Shown here piece after piece: positions 9,644 through 18,311 of a DNA stretch of 64,000 bases (positions are counted from its first letter, which is position 1; every line of letters starts with the position of its first letter). Under the pieces are notes generated by a model. That model was not told where the DNA came from. It made no database searches and saw only the letters and a list, made by a program, of their open reading frames with translations. Position numbers and translations under genes: made by a program. The stretch comes from Candidatus Omnitrophota bacterium (GTDB taxonomy: Bacteria; Omnitrophota; Gorgyraeia; JABMRG01; JAFGKX01). Location of the stretch: assembly GCA_043797125.1 (NCBI GenBank), contig JAZDPX010000032.1:10425-74424 (forward strand), given 5' to 3'.

Positions 9644-10639
9644 ATGGCAAGCGAAGGGATTACAGCGATAAACGAGAAGATAAAGAAAGAAAGCGTGTTT
9701 GTGCAGAGTTTGGTGACAGAGATAGAAAAAGTCATAGTTGGGCAGAAGTATCTGATAGAAAGGCTCTTAGTTGGGCTTCTGGCAAACGGGCACATACTGG
9801 TCGAAGGCGTGCCCGGGCTTGCCAAGACAATGTCAATAAAGACATTGTCGCAGGCTATAAAGACAAAATTTCAGAGGCTGCAGTTTACGCCTGACATGCT
9901 GCCTGCCGATATAGTGGGCACGCTTATCTATAATCCGAAAGACGGCGCGTTCACGACAAAAAAGGGCCCGGTGTTTGCCAATATTATTCTTGCGGATGAA
10001 ATAAACAGGGCCCCGGCGAAAGTCCAGAGCGCGCTTTTAGAGGCAATGCAGGAGCGCCAGGTCACAATAGGCGAAAACACTTTTAAACTTGACGACCCTT
10101 TCCTGGTTATGGCAACGCAAAATCCAATAGAGCAGGAAGGCACCTATCCTTTGCCTGAAGCGCAGGTGGACAGGTTCATGCTTAAGGTAAACATAACTTA
10201 TCCAAGCAAGGAAGAAGAGCATAAGATATTAAAGAGGATGGGCTATACCGACAAAAAGATCGAGGTAAACGCTGTTGTAACTCCGCAGGATATTATAAGG
10301 GCAAGGTCTGTTGTGGATGAAGTATACATGGATGAAAAGATAGAAAAATATATTCTGGATATTGTTTTTGCCACAAGAGAGCCTAAAAAATACAAGCTGG
10401 ATGAATTAAGCAGCCTCATTCAGTATGGCGCCTCACCACGCGCGACCATATATCTGACATTGGCTTCCAAGGCGTACGCGTTTATTCAAGGCAGGGGCTA
10501 TGTAACGCCGCAGGATATAAAATCAATAGGCCCTGATGTCCTGCGCCACAGAGTGATAATAAGCTATGAGGCGGAGGCTGAAGAGAAAACCTCCGATGAT
10601 ATTATTAAGAAAATATTCGATGAAGTTGAAGTACCTTAA
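9644..10639 (+). CDS. moxR: MoxR-family AAA+ ATPase
   Basis: Walker A GVPGLAKT, Walker [10 protein letters not shown], sensor region MATQNP. Length 331 aa, typical for MoxR. Confidence 0.9.
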   Translation: MASEGITAINEKIKKESVFVQSLVTEIEKVIVGQKYLIERLLVGLLANGHILVEGVPGLAKTMSIKTLSQAIKTKFQRLQFTPDMLPADIVGTLIYNPKDGAFTTKKGPVFANIILADEINRAPAKVQSALLEAMQERQVTIGENTFKLDDPFLVMATQNPIEQEGTYPLPEAQVDRFMLKVNITYPSKEEEHKILKRMGYTDKKIEVNAVVTPQDIIRARSVVDEVYMDEKIEKYILDIVFATREPKKYKLDELSSLIQYGASPRATIYLTLASKAYAFIQGRGYVTPQDIKSIGPDVLRHRVIISYEAEAEEKTSDDIIKKIFDEVEVP

Positions 10640-10644
10640 AGTTG

Positions 10645-10675
10645 GTCGATAGTCGATGGTCTATGGTCGATAGTC
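10645..10675. repeat. Tandem heptamer array (GTCGATR) of about 4.3 copies, intergenic between moxR and the DUF58 gene
   Basis: gtcgata gtcgatg gtctatg gtcgata gtc. The same heptamer (as ccatcga) recurs in-frame inside hisF at 45588-45615. Confidence 0.8.
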
Positions 10676-10679
10676 AAAA

Positions 10680-11558
10680 ATGATACCGAAAGAAATACTT
10701 AAGAAGATACGGCGCATACAGATTACCACATCAAGGATGGTTACTGATGTCTTTGCCGGCCAATACCAGAGCGTATTCAAAGGCAAGGGCATGGAGTTTG
10801 ATGAAGTAAGAGAATACCAGCCCGGTGATGATATCCGCACTATTGACTGGAATGTTACCGCGAGGATGGGCCATCCTTATATAAAAAAGTTCGTCGAGGA
10901 AAGAGAGCTTACTGTAATGCTGCTTTTGGATGCCTCTATGTCGTGCCGTTTCGGGTCGGTTAAGCAGCTTAAAAGCCAGCTTGCCGCGGAATTATCTTCC
11001 GTGCTTGCCTTTTCCGCGATACAGAACAATGATAAAGTAGGCCTTATAATATTTACCGACAAAATAGAAAAATTTGTCCCCCCAAGAAAAGGCCTGCGCC
11101 ACGTCTTAAGAGTTATCAGGGAAGCGTTATATTACGGGCCGCAAGGCAAAGGCACTGATATATCTCTTGCGTTGGAATATTTAAACCGCGTTACAAAACA
11201 CAAATCCATCGCGTTTATCATTTCCGATTTTTTTGACGATAAATTCAAGAAGCTTTTGGCGATATCCAACAAGCGCCATGATATTGTCGCCGTTACTATT
11301 ACAGACCCCAGAGAAATTAATTTGCCGAATGTAGGAATTATCAAACTCGATGACGCGGAAACCCAGCAAAGCTTTCTTGTTGATACGACCAGCGCAAGTA
11401 TTAGAAGCACATATAATGCGGACGCTGTTAAAAGGATAAAAGAGCGCCAGGAGCTTTTGCGCTGGGCCAGAGTAGATAATATAGATATATATACGGATTC
11501 ACCTTACACAAAAGAACTGGTAAAATTTTTCAGGATGAGGGAAAGGCGGATGGCGTAA
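10680..11558 (+). CDS. DUF58 protein (vWA-like MoxR partner)
   Basis: Conserved DUF58 core EYQPGDDIRTIDWNVTAR, plus MLLLDASMS (vWA-like). Canonically follows moxR. Confidence 0.8.
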   Translation: MIPKEILKKIRRIQITTSRMVTDVFAGQYQSVFKGKGMEFDEVREYQPGDDIRTIDWNVTARMGHPYIKKFVEERELTVMLLLDASMSCRFGSVKQLKSQLAAELSSVLAFSAIQNNDKVGLIIFTDKIEKFVPPRKGLRHVLRVIREALYYGPQGKGTDISLALEYLNRVTKHKSIAFIISDFFDDKFKKLLAISNKRHDIVAVTITDPREINLPNVGIIKLDDAETQQSFLVDTTSASIRSTYNADAVKRIKERQELLRWARVDNIDIYTDSPYTKELVKFFRMRERRMA

Positions 11559-11559
11559 A

Positions 11560-12117
11560 GTGTATGCGATTGCGTTTGCGGCTGATATAAAAGACATAAA
11601 ACCCCCGATACTTAGGCATCCCGCTTCTTTGCCTAAGAATTATTTTTTGCTTTTTGTTGTTGCCGCGCTGCTTTTGGCGGCAATACTCTTATTTATGAGA
11701 TATTTGCGAAAAAGAAAATTAAAGGCCCAAACGCAAAATTCTGTTCAGATAAAAAGGCCTGCGCACGAAATAGCTTACGAAGCATTGCAGGCCTTAAAAC
11801 TCAAGAACCTTCCGGGCCAAGGCAGGATAAAGGAGTATTATATCGAGCTTTCCTGGATTGCCAGGATTTATATAGAAAACCGTTTTAACATCAGGGCGCC
11901 GGAGATGACTACGGAGGAATTTCTGTTTTTCTTAAGAGAATCGGAAGTGTTATCTGGGGCGCATAAAAATTTGCTCAAGGAATTTTTGACGTTGTGCGAT
12001 ATTGTAAAATTCGCAAAATATGCCCCCTTGCAAAACCAGATAGATGACAGTTTCGATGCTGCCAAAAGATTAGTTGATGAAACAAAAGAGCAAAATATAG
12101 CTGTAGCGCAGGCTTAA
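11560..12117 (+). CDS. Membrane protein of the MoxR/Bat operon (DUF4381-like); GTG start
   Basis: Single TM segment (FLLFVVAALLLAAILLF) then a soluble domain. Position between the DUF58 gene and batA matches the conserved operon. The palindrome at 12103-12128 overlaps its stop codon, with TAA supplied by the central CTTAAG. Confidence 0.45.
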   Translation: MYAIAFAADIKDIKPPILRHPASLPKNYFLLFVVAALLLAAILLFMRYLRKRKLKAQTQNSVQIKRPAHEIAYEALQALKLKNLPGQGRIKEYYIELSWIARIYIENRFNIRAPEMTTEEFLFFLRESEVLSGAHKNLLKEFLTLCDIVKFAKYAPLQNQIDDSFDAAKRLVDETKEQNIAVAQA

Positions 12118-12128
12118 GCCTGCGCTAC
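12103..12128. repeat. CTTAAG-centred palindrome (type 1) overlapping a stop codon
   Basis: gtagcgcaggcttaagcctgcgctac. The stop TAA lies within the central cttaag. Confidence 0.85.
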
Positions 12129-12154
12129 GGAAGGAAATAAAAAGGTATCATAAT

Positions 12155-13150
12155 ATGATTTTTAAGGATGTTTGGGTTTTATTGTTTTTTCCTGTTGCCT
12201 GTGCGCTTTTGTATTTTTTTAAAAGAAGAAGCACAACCTCCGGCATCAGATTTTCTTCCGCAAGATTAGTCAAAGGATATAAACCCACCTTAAAACTTGT
12301 ATTAGCGGACAAATTATTTTACTTGAGGCTTGCCGCGATATTCTTATTTTTTATAGCCCTGGCAAGGCCGCGGATACCGCTGGAAGAAACAAAAGTAGAG
12401 ACAGAAGGCATAAATATCGTTCTGGCAATTGACTCATCAGGCAGCATGCTGGCCGAAGATTTTAAGATAGCCGGCGTACGCCAGAACAGGCTGCAGGTGG
12501 TAAAGGGCGTTGTCCGGGATTTTATTAAGGCAAGAATTTCAGATAAGATAGGCATAGTTGCTTTTGCGGCGCGCGCGTATACCGTATGCCCGCTGACTCT
12601 GGATTATGACTGGCTTATCAGCAATTTGGAAAGGATAGAAATCGGCGCCATTGAAGATGGCACAGCGATAGGCTCCGCTATAAGCTCTTCTTTAAACAGG
12701 CTTAGGGATACACAGGCAAAAAGCAAAATTATTATTCTTTTAACAGACGGGGTCAATAACGCGGGCAAGATTTCCCCTCAAGCCGCGGCGGACGCTGCCA
12801 AAGCGCTTGGAATAAAGATTTATACGATAGGCGCGGGAACCAAGGGCCTGGTGCCGTATCCCGCGAGAAACATGTGGGGCCAGACAGTTTATCAAAATGT
12901 TGAGATAGACATAGATGAAGATATATTAAGAGAAATCGCGCAAAAGACCAACGGCCAATATTTCAGGGCAACAAGCACGGAGGCGCTAAAAGACATCTAT
13001 AAAGAGATAGACTCACTTGAGACAACGCCTATCCAGGAAAGCGGTTTTCAGGAATACAAAGAACTGTTTAGCAAATTTTTGGTTTTTGGATTAGCGCTTT
13101 TGATTTTAGAAATAGTTTTATCTAATACGGTTTTAAGGAAAATACCATAA
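12155..13150 (+). CDS. batA: vWA-domain membrane protein, BatA-like
   Basis: N-terminal TM segment. vWA MIDAS DxSxS (LAIDSSGSM). C-terminal TM segment. Confidence 0.8.
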   Translation: MIFKDVWVLLFFPVACALLYFFKRRSTTSGIRFSSARLVKGYKPTLKLVLADKLFYLRLAAIFLFFIALARPRIPLEETKVETEGINIVLAIDSSGSMLAEDFKIAGVRQNRLQVVKGVVRDFIKARISDKIGIVAFAARAYTVCPLTLDYDWLISNLERIEIGAIEDGTAIGSAISSSLNRLRDTQAKSKIIILLTDGVNNAGKISPQAAADAAKALGIKIYTIGAGTKGLVPYPARNMWGQTVYQNVEIDIDEDILREIAQKTNGQYFRATSTEALKDIYKEIDSLETTPIQESGFQEYKELFSKFLVFGLALLILEIVLSNTVLRKIP

Positions 13151-14160
13151 TGAGATTCGGGCAGATTGCGTATGCTTTTGGTTTTTGGATAGTCTTAGCC
13201 TTGAGCCTTTTTTTTGTCTGGGCGTTTAAGGAAAAGGCCAAGGCAATGCGCAGGTTTGCCGATCAGGGCTTTTTAAAGGAGCTTGCGGCTACGCTAAACA
13301 GAAAAAGACAGATAATAAAAACAGTAATAATTTTATTAGCTATTTTCTTAAGCGTTCTGGCTTTAATGCGCCCGCAATGGGGATTTAAATGGCAGGAGGT
13401 CAAGCGAAGAGGCCTTGATATACTTATTGCCATAGACACATCTAAAAGCATGCTGGCTACAGACGTAAAACCAAACAGGCTTGAAAGGTCCAAGCTGGCG
13501 GTTAAAGACCTGGTAAAAAAATTAAAAGGCGACAGAATCGGGCTTGTGGCGTTTTCCGGCACGGCATTTTTGCAGTGCCCGCTAACAATAGATTACGGCG
13601 GGTTTTTGCTGGCTTTAAATGATTTAAATACAGGCATAATCCCCAGAGGCGGCACAGCTATATCAAGCGCCATAAAAACAGCCATCGACAGCTACAAGGG
13701 CGGACAGAAAAAATACAAGATACTCGTTATTATTACCGACGGAGAAGACCTTGAGGGCGACGCGGTTAAGGCGGCAGAGGACGCGAAAAAGGAAAATGTA
13801 AAGATTTTCTGCATAGGAATAGGAACCGAAGCAGGCGAGCTTATACAATTGACTGACGAAAACGGCAATAAGTCTTTTTTAAAGGATGAGAACGGCAATG
13901 TCGTAAAATCAAGATTAAACGAGGTTATCTTAAAGAAAATAGCCCTATCAACGGGCGGGGCGTATGTGCATTCAAGCGGCGCTGAATTCGGGCTTGATAT
14001 GATTTACGAGGAAAGGCTCTCCAAGATGGAGAAACAAGAGATAAAAGCAAAGATGAATAAGCTTTTTATCGAGCGCTTTCAGATACCATTGGTTTTTGCG
14101 CTGCTTCTTTTAATCATAGAGCCTTTTATAGGCGACAGAAAGAGGGGGCAGGCTATGTAG
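13150..14160 (+). CDS. batB: vWA-domain membrane protein, BatB-like
   Basis: TM segments, vWA MIDAS IAIDTSKSM. ATG overlaps the batA stop. Confidence 0.8.
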   Translation: MRFGQIAYAFGFWIVLALSLFFVWAFKEKAKAMRRFADQGFLKELAATLNRKRQIIKTVIILLAIFLSVLALMRPQWGFKWQEVKRRGLDILIAIDTSKSMLATDVKPNRLERSKLAVKDLVKKLKGDRIGLVAFSGTAFLQCPLTIDYGGFLLALNDLNTGIIPRGGTAISSAIKTAIDSYKGGQKKYKILVIITDGEDLEGDAVKAAEDAKKENVKIFCIGIGTEAGELIQLTDENGNKSFLKDENGNVVKSRLNEVILKKIALSTGGAYVHSSGAEFGLDMIYEERLSKMEKQEIKAKMNKLFIERFQIPLVFALLLLIIEPFIGDRKRGQAM

Positions 14161-14162
14161 TT

Positions 14163-14178
14163 GTAGCGCAGGCTTAAG
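14163..14178. repeat. Truncated left arm of the type-1 palindrome (GTAGCGCAGGCTTAAG), immediately upstream of a complete type-2 copy
   Basis: gtagcgcaggcttaag followed by taaatgta and then the full palindrome at 14187-14218. Confidence 0.7.
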
Positions 14179-14186
14179 TAAATGTA

Positions 14187-14218
14187 GCCGTAGCGGAGCC
14201 TTAAGGCTCCGCTACGGC
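14187..14218. repeat. CTTAAG-centred palindrome (type 2) GCCGTAGCGGAGCCTTAAGGCTCCGCTACGGC
   Basis: Perfect 32-bp palindrome. Arms differ from type 1 by paired, compensatory substitutions (CAGG/CCTG to GAGC/GCTC). Confidence 0.85.
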
Positions 14219-14235
14219 CAGGTTGGGATGTCAAT

Positions 14236-15093
14236 ATGAAGAATTTTATAATAGCTATATTTATTTTGTGTTTTCTGGCAAACCCCTGCATGGCTAAAAC
14301 GCAGCCCAAGAAGATAATAAAAAAGGGAAATGCGCTGTATAAGCAGGGAGAATTTCATGACGCGCTGAAACAATATGAAGAGGCGTTTTTGCACGCGCCT
14401 GATTCTGATATCGTGAATTTTGATTTAGGGGACGCCTTGTATAAAATAAAGGATTTTAAGCGCTCAATAAGCCATTTTGAAAAAGCCCTTATCACAGAAA
14501 ACGCTTCCCTTGAGCAAAAGGCCGGCTATAATATAGGGAACGCCAAATATAAATACGGAATAAGCCTGGAAGAGGCTGATTTATCAGCAGCAATAATCTT
14601 ATTAGAACAGGCCCTTCATCATTATGAGCGTAGTCTCGAACTTAAACCTAAGGATAAAGATACGGAATTTAATTATGAGTTTGTAAAAAAGGAACTTGAG
14701 AGGCTGAAGAAGAAGCAAAAGGACCAGCAGCAGCAACAGCAAGGCCAGCAAGGGCAACAGGGTCAGCAGGGCCAGAAACCTGAGGGTGGTCAACAACCAC
14801 AAGGGCAACAGCAGCAGCAAGACCAACAACAGCAAGGCCAGCAAGAACAAAAACAAGACCAGCCGCAAGGTGGCGAGCAATCCCAAGGAGGCCAGCAGCC
14901 GCAGGAACAAGAGCAGCCGCAGGAACAAGAGCAGCCGCAGGGCTCAAGTCAGCAGCAAGATGCAAAAGGCCAGGCATCAGAAAAGCAGGCAGTAATGCTT
15001 CTTGAGGCTTATCGTCATGATGAAGAGCCCACGACTTTGTATAAGCAGAAGATTAATACAAGCGGGATGCCGGAAGCGAAAAAAGACTGGTAA
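14236..15093 (+). CDS. batC: TPR protein BatC-like, with a long Gln-rich low-complexity region
   Basis: Signal peptide, TPR-like N-terminal half, then about 80 aa of Q/G/E/P repeats (QQQQQQGQQGQQGQQGQKPEGGQQPQGQQQQQDQQQQ) encoded by imperfect CAG/CAA repeats at about 14710-14960. Confidence 0.65.
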   Translation: MKNFIIAIFILCFLANPCMAKTQPKKIIKKGNALYKQGEFHDALKQYEEAFLHAPDSDIVNFDLGDALYKIKDFKRSISHFEKALITENASLEQKAGYNIGNAKYKYGISLEEADLSAAIILLEQALHHYERSLELKPKDKDTEFNYEFVKKELERLKKKQKDQQQQQQGQQGQQGQQGQKPEGGQQPQGQQQQQDQQQQGQQEQKQDQPQGGEQSQGGQQPQEQEQPQEQEQPQGSSQQQDAKGQASEKQAVMLLEAYRHDEEPTTLYKQKINTSGMPEAKKDW

Positions 15094-15105
15094 TTTTTAG
15101 ACTCG

Positions 15106-15137
15106 GATGTAGCGCAGGCTTAAGCCTGCGCTACATC
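15106..15137. repeat. CTTAAG-centred palindrome (type 1, extended to a 32-bp perfect palindrome)
   Basis: gatgtagcgcaggcttaagcctgcgctacatc. Confidence 0.85.
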
Positions 15138-15170
15138 GGGAGATATTGCGAGAGTTAAACTATTACAAAA

Positions 15171-17009
15171 ATGCAAAATGCAAAATTTAAAATTAACATA
15201 TTAAAAGCACTCTTGGCCATAGTAGTTATTTTTGCATGCGCTGCGGCGATTGCCGAGGATATTAATTTTGAGGCGACGGTGGATAGAAATAAGGTTTCCC
15301 TCGGTTCGCGGTTTATGCTAAGCCTTAATTTTTACGGGACGCAGAGCATCCAGGAGCCTGACTTACCGAGCATAGAAGGATTCGATTCGCAATACACAGG
15401 CCCTGCCACGACAATGTCCATTATAAACGGCAAGGTCTCAAGTTCAATAACACACAACTATATACTTACACCGCTTAAAGCCGGTAAATTCGAAATACCT
15501 TCCTTAACAGTCGAATACAACGGTAAAACTTACTCCTCAAGCGCGATACCAATAGAAGTTGCGCAAGGGCCTGTCAGCCCGCTGCCAGGCGCGCAAGGCT
15601 CAACGCAGCAGGAGGCTTCTTATGATTTAGGCGACAGGATTTTTCTTGTTATGGAAGCTGATAAAAATACAGCGTATATAAACGAGAATATTGCTGTAAC
15701 AATTAAACTTTACATGAATAAGCTGCCTATTCGGGATATACGGTATCCGGAATTTGAGCATGAAGGGTTTTTGGCGGATAAATTTGACAAATACAAGCAG
15801 TATAAGGAAGCTATTAACGGGGTTTTATATGATGTTATGGAATTTAAGACAAATGTTTCAGCTACACAGACGGGTGAACTCAAAATCGGGCCAGCAAGCT
15901 TAAAATGTAATCTCATCGTGCAAAGAAGGCCAGGCAGAAGAGGCTCTGTATTCGACGATGATTTTTTCGGCTCGGATATCTTTGACGATTTCTTCGGGCG
16001 TTACGAAACATATCCTCTGGACTTGAAGTCAATGGATATATCTATTTCCGCGTTGCCCTTGCCTGATGAAAATGTTCCCGCTGATTTTAACGGCGCAATT
16101 GGGGATTATAATTTTTCTTTGGAAGCTAATCCGAAACAGCTCAAGGTGGGTGACCCTATTACCTTAAAAATGGCCATAAGCGGTAAAGGCAATCTTAATA
16201 CAATTCAGGCCCCAGCGCTTAATTTCGGCGATGATTTTAAGGTTTATGATCCCGAGATAAAGCAAGGCGATAATGTTAAGGAATTCGAACAGGTTATAAT
16301 ACCCAAAAGCGACAAAATAAAACAGATACCTGAAATTTCATTCAGCTTTTTTAATACTCAGTCAGGTAAGTATGAAAAAATTACTAAAGGCCCCACGCCT
16401 ATTATTGTAGAGCCGCTTGCCAAAGGCGACGAGCTGCAGGTTTTAGCAGCTCCTGAGCAAATTGTAGCCCAAGCGCCTAAGCAAGAAATATTAGGCAGAG
16501 ATATCATATATATTAAAGACACGCCGGGCGAGTTAAAGAAAAAAGGAGCATTTTTATGCAGGAGCAAGGCGTTTTTAGCGCTGCAACTATTGCCGCTTTT
16601 AGCTGTCATATCCGTACTTATTTTACATAAGAGGTACAAGCGCCTTACAACCGATATCCGTTACGCAAGGCGCATGCGCGCGCCGAAAAAGGCAAGAAAG
16701 AATCTGCAGGCGGCAAGGCAGCTTCTTAATACGCAGGGTGCGGATAAATTCTTCGAAGCTGTTTTTAAGACTTTGCAGGAATATCTCGGGGATAAATTCC
16801 ATCTTCCGACCGCAGGTATAACCTCAAGTGTGGTAGATGAGTTAAAAAAATATAACATCGATCAGGACGTTCTCTCTAAACTAAAGGATTGTTTTAACAG
16901 CTGTGACGCGGCGCGTTATGCCGCCTCCAGCATTACAAAAGACCAGATGCAAAACGCCTTTAAGATGCTTGAAGAGATAATTGATGAACTTGAAAGGGTA
17001 AGGCTATGA
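15171..17009 (+). CDS. batD: BatD-like oxygen-tolerance protein
   Basis: Signal peptide, large beta-rich extracytoplasmic domain, C-terminal TM segment plus a basic tail. Position in the batA-E operon. Confidence 0.65.
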   Translation: MQNAKFKINILKALLAIVVIFACAAAIAEDINFEATVDRNKVSLGSRFMLSLNFYGTQSIQEPDLPSIEGFDSQYTGPATTMSIINGKVSSSITHNYILTPLKAGKFEIPSLTVEYNGKTYSSSAIPIEVAQGPVSPLPGAQGSTQQEASYDLGDRIFLVMEADKNTAYINENIAVTIKLYMNKLPIRDIRYPEFEHEGFLADKFDKYKQYKEAINGVLYDVMEFKTNVSATQTGELKIGPASLKCNLIVQRRPGRRGSVFDDDFFGSDIFDDFFGRYETYPLDLKSMDISISALPLPDENVPADFNGAIGDYNFSLEANPKQLKVGDPITLKMAISGKGNLNTIQAPALNFGDDFKVYDPEIKQGDNVKEFEQVIIPKSDKIKQIPEISFSFFNTQSGKYEKITKGPTPIIVEPLAKGDELQVLAAPEQIVAQAPKQEILGRDIIYIKDTPGELKKKGAFLCRSKAFLALQLLPLLAVISVLILHKRYKRLTTDIRYARRMRAPKKARKNLQAARQLLNTQGADKFFEAVFKTLQEYLGDKFHLPTAGITSSVVDELKKYNIDQDVLSKLKDCFNSCDAARYAASSITKDQMQNAFKMLEEIIDELERVRL

Positions 17010-17779
17010 AAGTGCGGCTTGCTATTATGGTATTAGTATTCCTTATAATTTCAGTTTTTGCGGCTGCGGCCCGCTGCGACGATGCAAGTGATGCCCGCTC
17101 ATATTTTGCCAAGGCAAACGCCGATTATGCCGCGGAAAAGTTTGATGAGGCAATCGCTGATTACGAAAACGCCTTAAAAACAGGCTTTGAGAGCAGCGAA
17201 CTTTACTATAATTTAGGCAACGCCTATTTTAAAAGCGGACAATTAGGCAAAGCTATTTTAAATTATTCGCGCGCCAAGCGCTTTATGCCGAATGACGCTG
17301 ATTTAAAATCAAACCTCGAATATGCGCAGTCTCTTATAAAAGGCGGGGCGGCCGCCGCGCAGGCGAACTGGTTTGCGCACTTATTTTTAAAATTAACAGA
17401 TTTATTTAGCCTGGATAAAATTACTTTAATAAGCTCAATCCTGTATTTTATATTAGCTGCCTTGATTATTTTGGCAATTGTACTGAGCGATTTAAGAAAA
17501 ATCATAATTTATGCCGTAATAGCGGTCTGCATATTATTAAGCATATCCGCATCATCTTTATATGCGCAATACTACAGGACAATCGTTGAGAAGGAAGCGG
17601 TTGTTGTAGCCCAGACCGTTGACGCCAGATTCGAGCCTTTTGATGACGCGACCGTGTTTTTCAGTTTAAGCGAAGGCGAAAGCGTTGTCGTAGTCGCGGA
17701 AAGAGAAGACTGGGTAAAGATTAAGCGCCTTGATGCAAAGCAAGGCTGGATTAAAGAAGCTGACATAGAGTTGTTATAG
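17006..17779 (+). CDS. batE: TPR + SH3b-like protein, BatE-like
   Basis: Signal peptide, TPR motifs (YYNLGNAYFKSGQLGKAI), TM segment, C-terminal SH3b-like region (WVKIKRLDAKQGWIKEADIEL). Confidence 0.6.
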   Translation: MKVRLAIMVLVFLIISVFAAAARCDDASDARSYFAKANADYAAEKFDEAIADYENALKTGFESSELYYNLGNAYFKSGQLGKAILNYSRAKRFMPNDADLKSNLEYAQSLIKGGAAAAQANWFAHLFLKLTDLFSLDKITLISSILYFILAALIILAIVLSDLRKIIIYAVIAVCILLSISASSLYAQYYRTIVEKEAVVVAQTVDARFEPFDDATVFFSLSEGESVVVVAEREDWVKIKRLDAKQGWIKEADIELL

Positions 17780-17873
17780 CTAACTAAGGCCTCAGGGTCC
17801 TGCCCGTCACAAGTTCGGTTTTTGCAATGTTCAGAGCTGTTTAGCAAAGGCCTGTGACAATCCTCGCAGGGAC

Positions 17874-17904
17874 GCAAAAAAATCCCCAGCGAGGATTTTT
17901 TTGC
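17874..17904. terminator. Bidirectional terminator-like hairpin
   Basis: gcaaaaaaatcc ccagcga ggatttttttgc: a perfect 12-bp stem with A/T runs on both sides. Confidence 0.5.
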
Positions 17905-17954
17905 TCTGACCTCGGCCTTCGCTCTCGCCTGTATGGAAACAAAGCAAAACTATA

Positions 17955-18060
17955 GTCGTTCGGCTGGGGCCCCTCCGAAATTCACCTAAAGATAGTAGGT
18001 CAGGCTTAAGCCTGACCTACTATCCAAGGGTTCAGTTTCGGTGTCCCCAGCCTGCACTCC
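17955..18060. repeat. About 105-bp composite imperfect palindrome with a perfect 34-bp CTTAAG-centred core (type 3: GATAGTAGGTCAGGCTTAAGCCTGACCTACTATC, 17991-18024)
   Basis: The flanks cggctggggcccctccgaaattcacc and ggttcagtttcggtgtccccagcctg are imperfect inverted repeats around the perfect core. Lies within the 530-bp non-coding region upstream of the giant gene. Confidence 0.7.
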
Positions 18061-18198
18061 TATGTTTTGCCTGCAACCAAAACAAGTGACCAAATCTTCC
18101 GCTATTGTTTTTTCGGCTATGCCCAAGGGGCTTATTGCCGTGAATCCTTAAGCAAAACCTAACATTTCATTATTTTGTAACAAAATTCCAAAAAATCC

Positions 18199-18227
18199 TT
18201 GACAGAAGTGCTATAAATTGCTAAAAT
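18199..18227 (+). promoter_or_regulatory. Sigma70-like promoter (TTGACA-17-TAAAAT) for the giant-protein locus; the -10 lies inside an inverted repeat GTGCTA...TAGCAC
   Basis: ccTTGACAgaagtgctataaattgcTAAAATattagcac, with an about 75-nt leader and RBS AGGAGGGG before ATG 18312. Confidence 0.55.
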
Positions 18228-18311
18228 ATTAGCACTTTTTAAATCATCAAACCATATCAATAAAAAGTTTAGAATAATCAGGGGAAACCTAATATAATAG
18301 GAGGGGAAAAA

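Noticed and set aside
14602-14977. Minus-strand ORFs of 102-108 aa (poly-Leu/Ala rich) inside batC
   Set aside because: Antisense translation of the CAG/CAA repeat region produces low-complexity L/A-rich ORFs; no start context; overlaps a well-supported gene.
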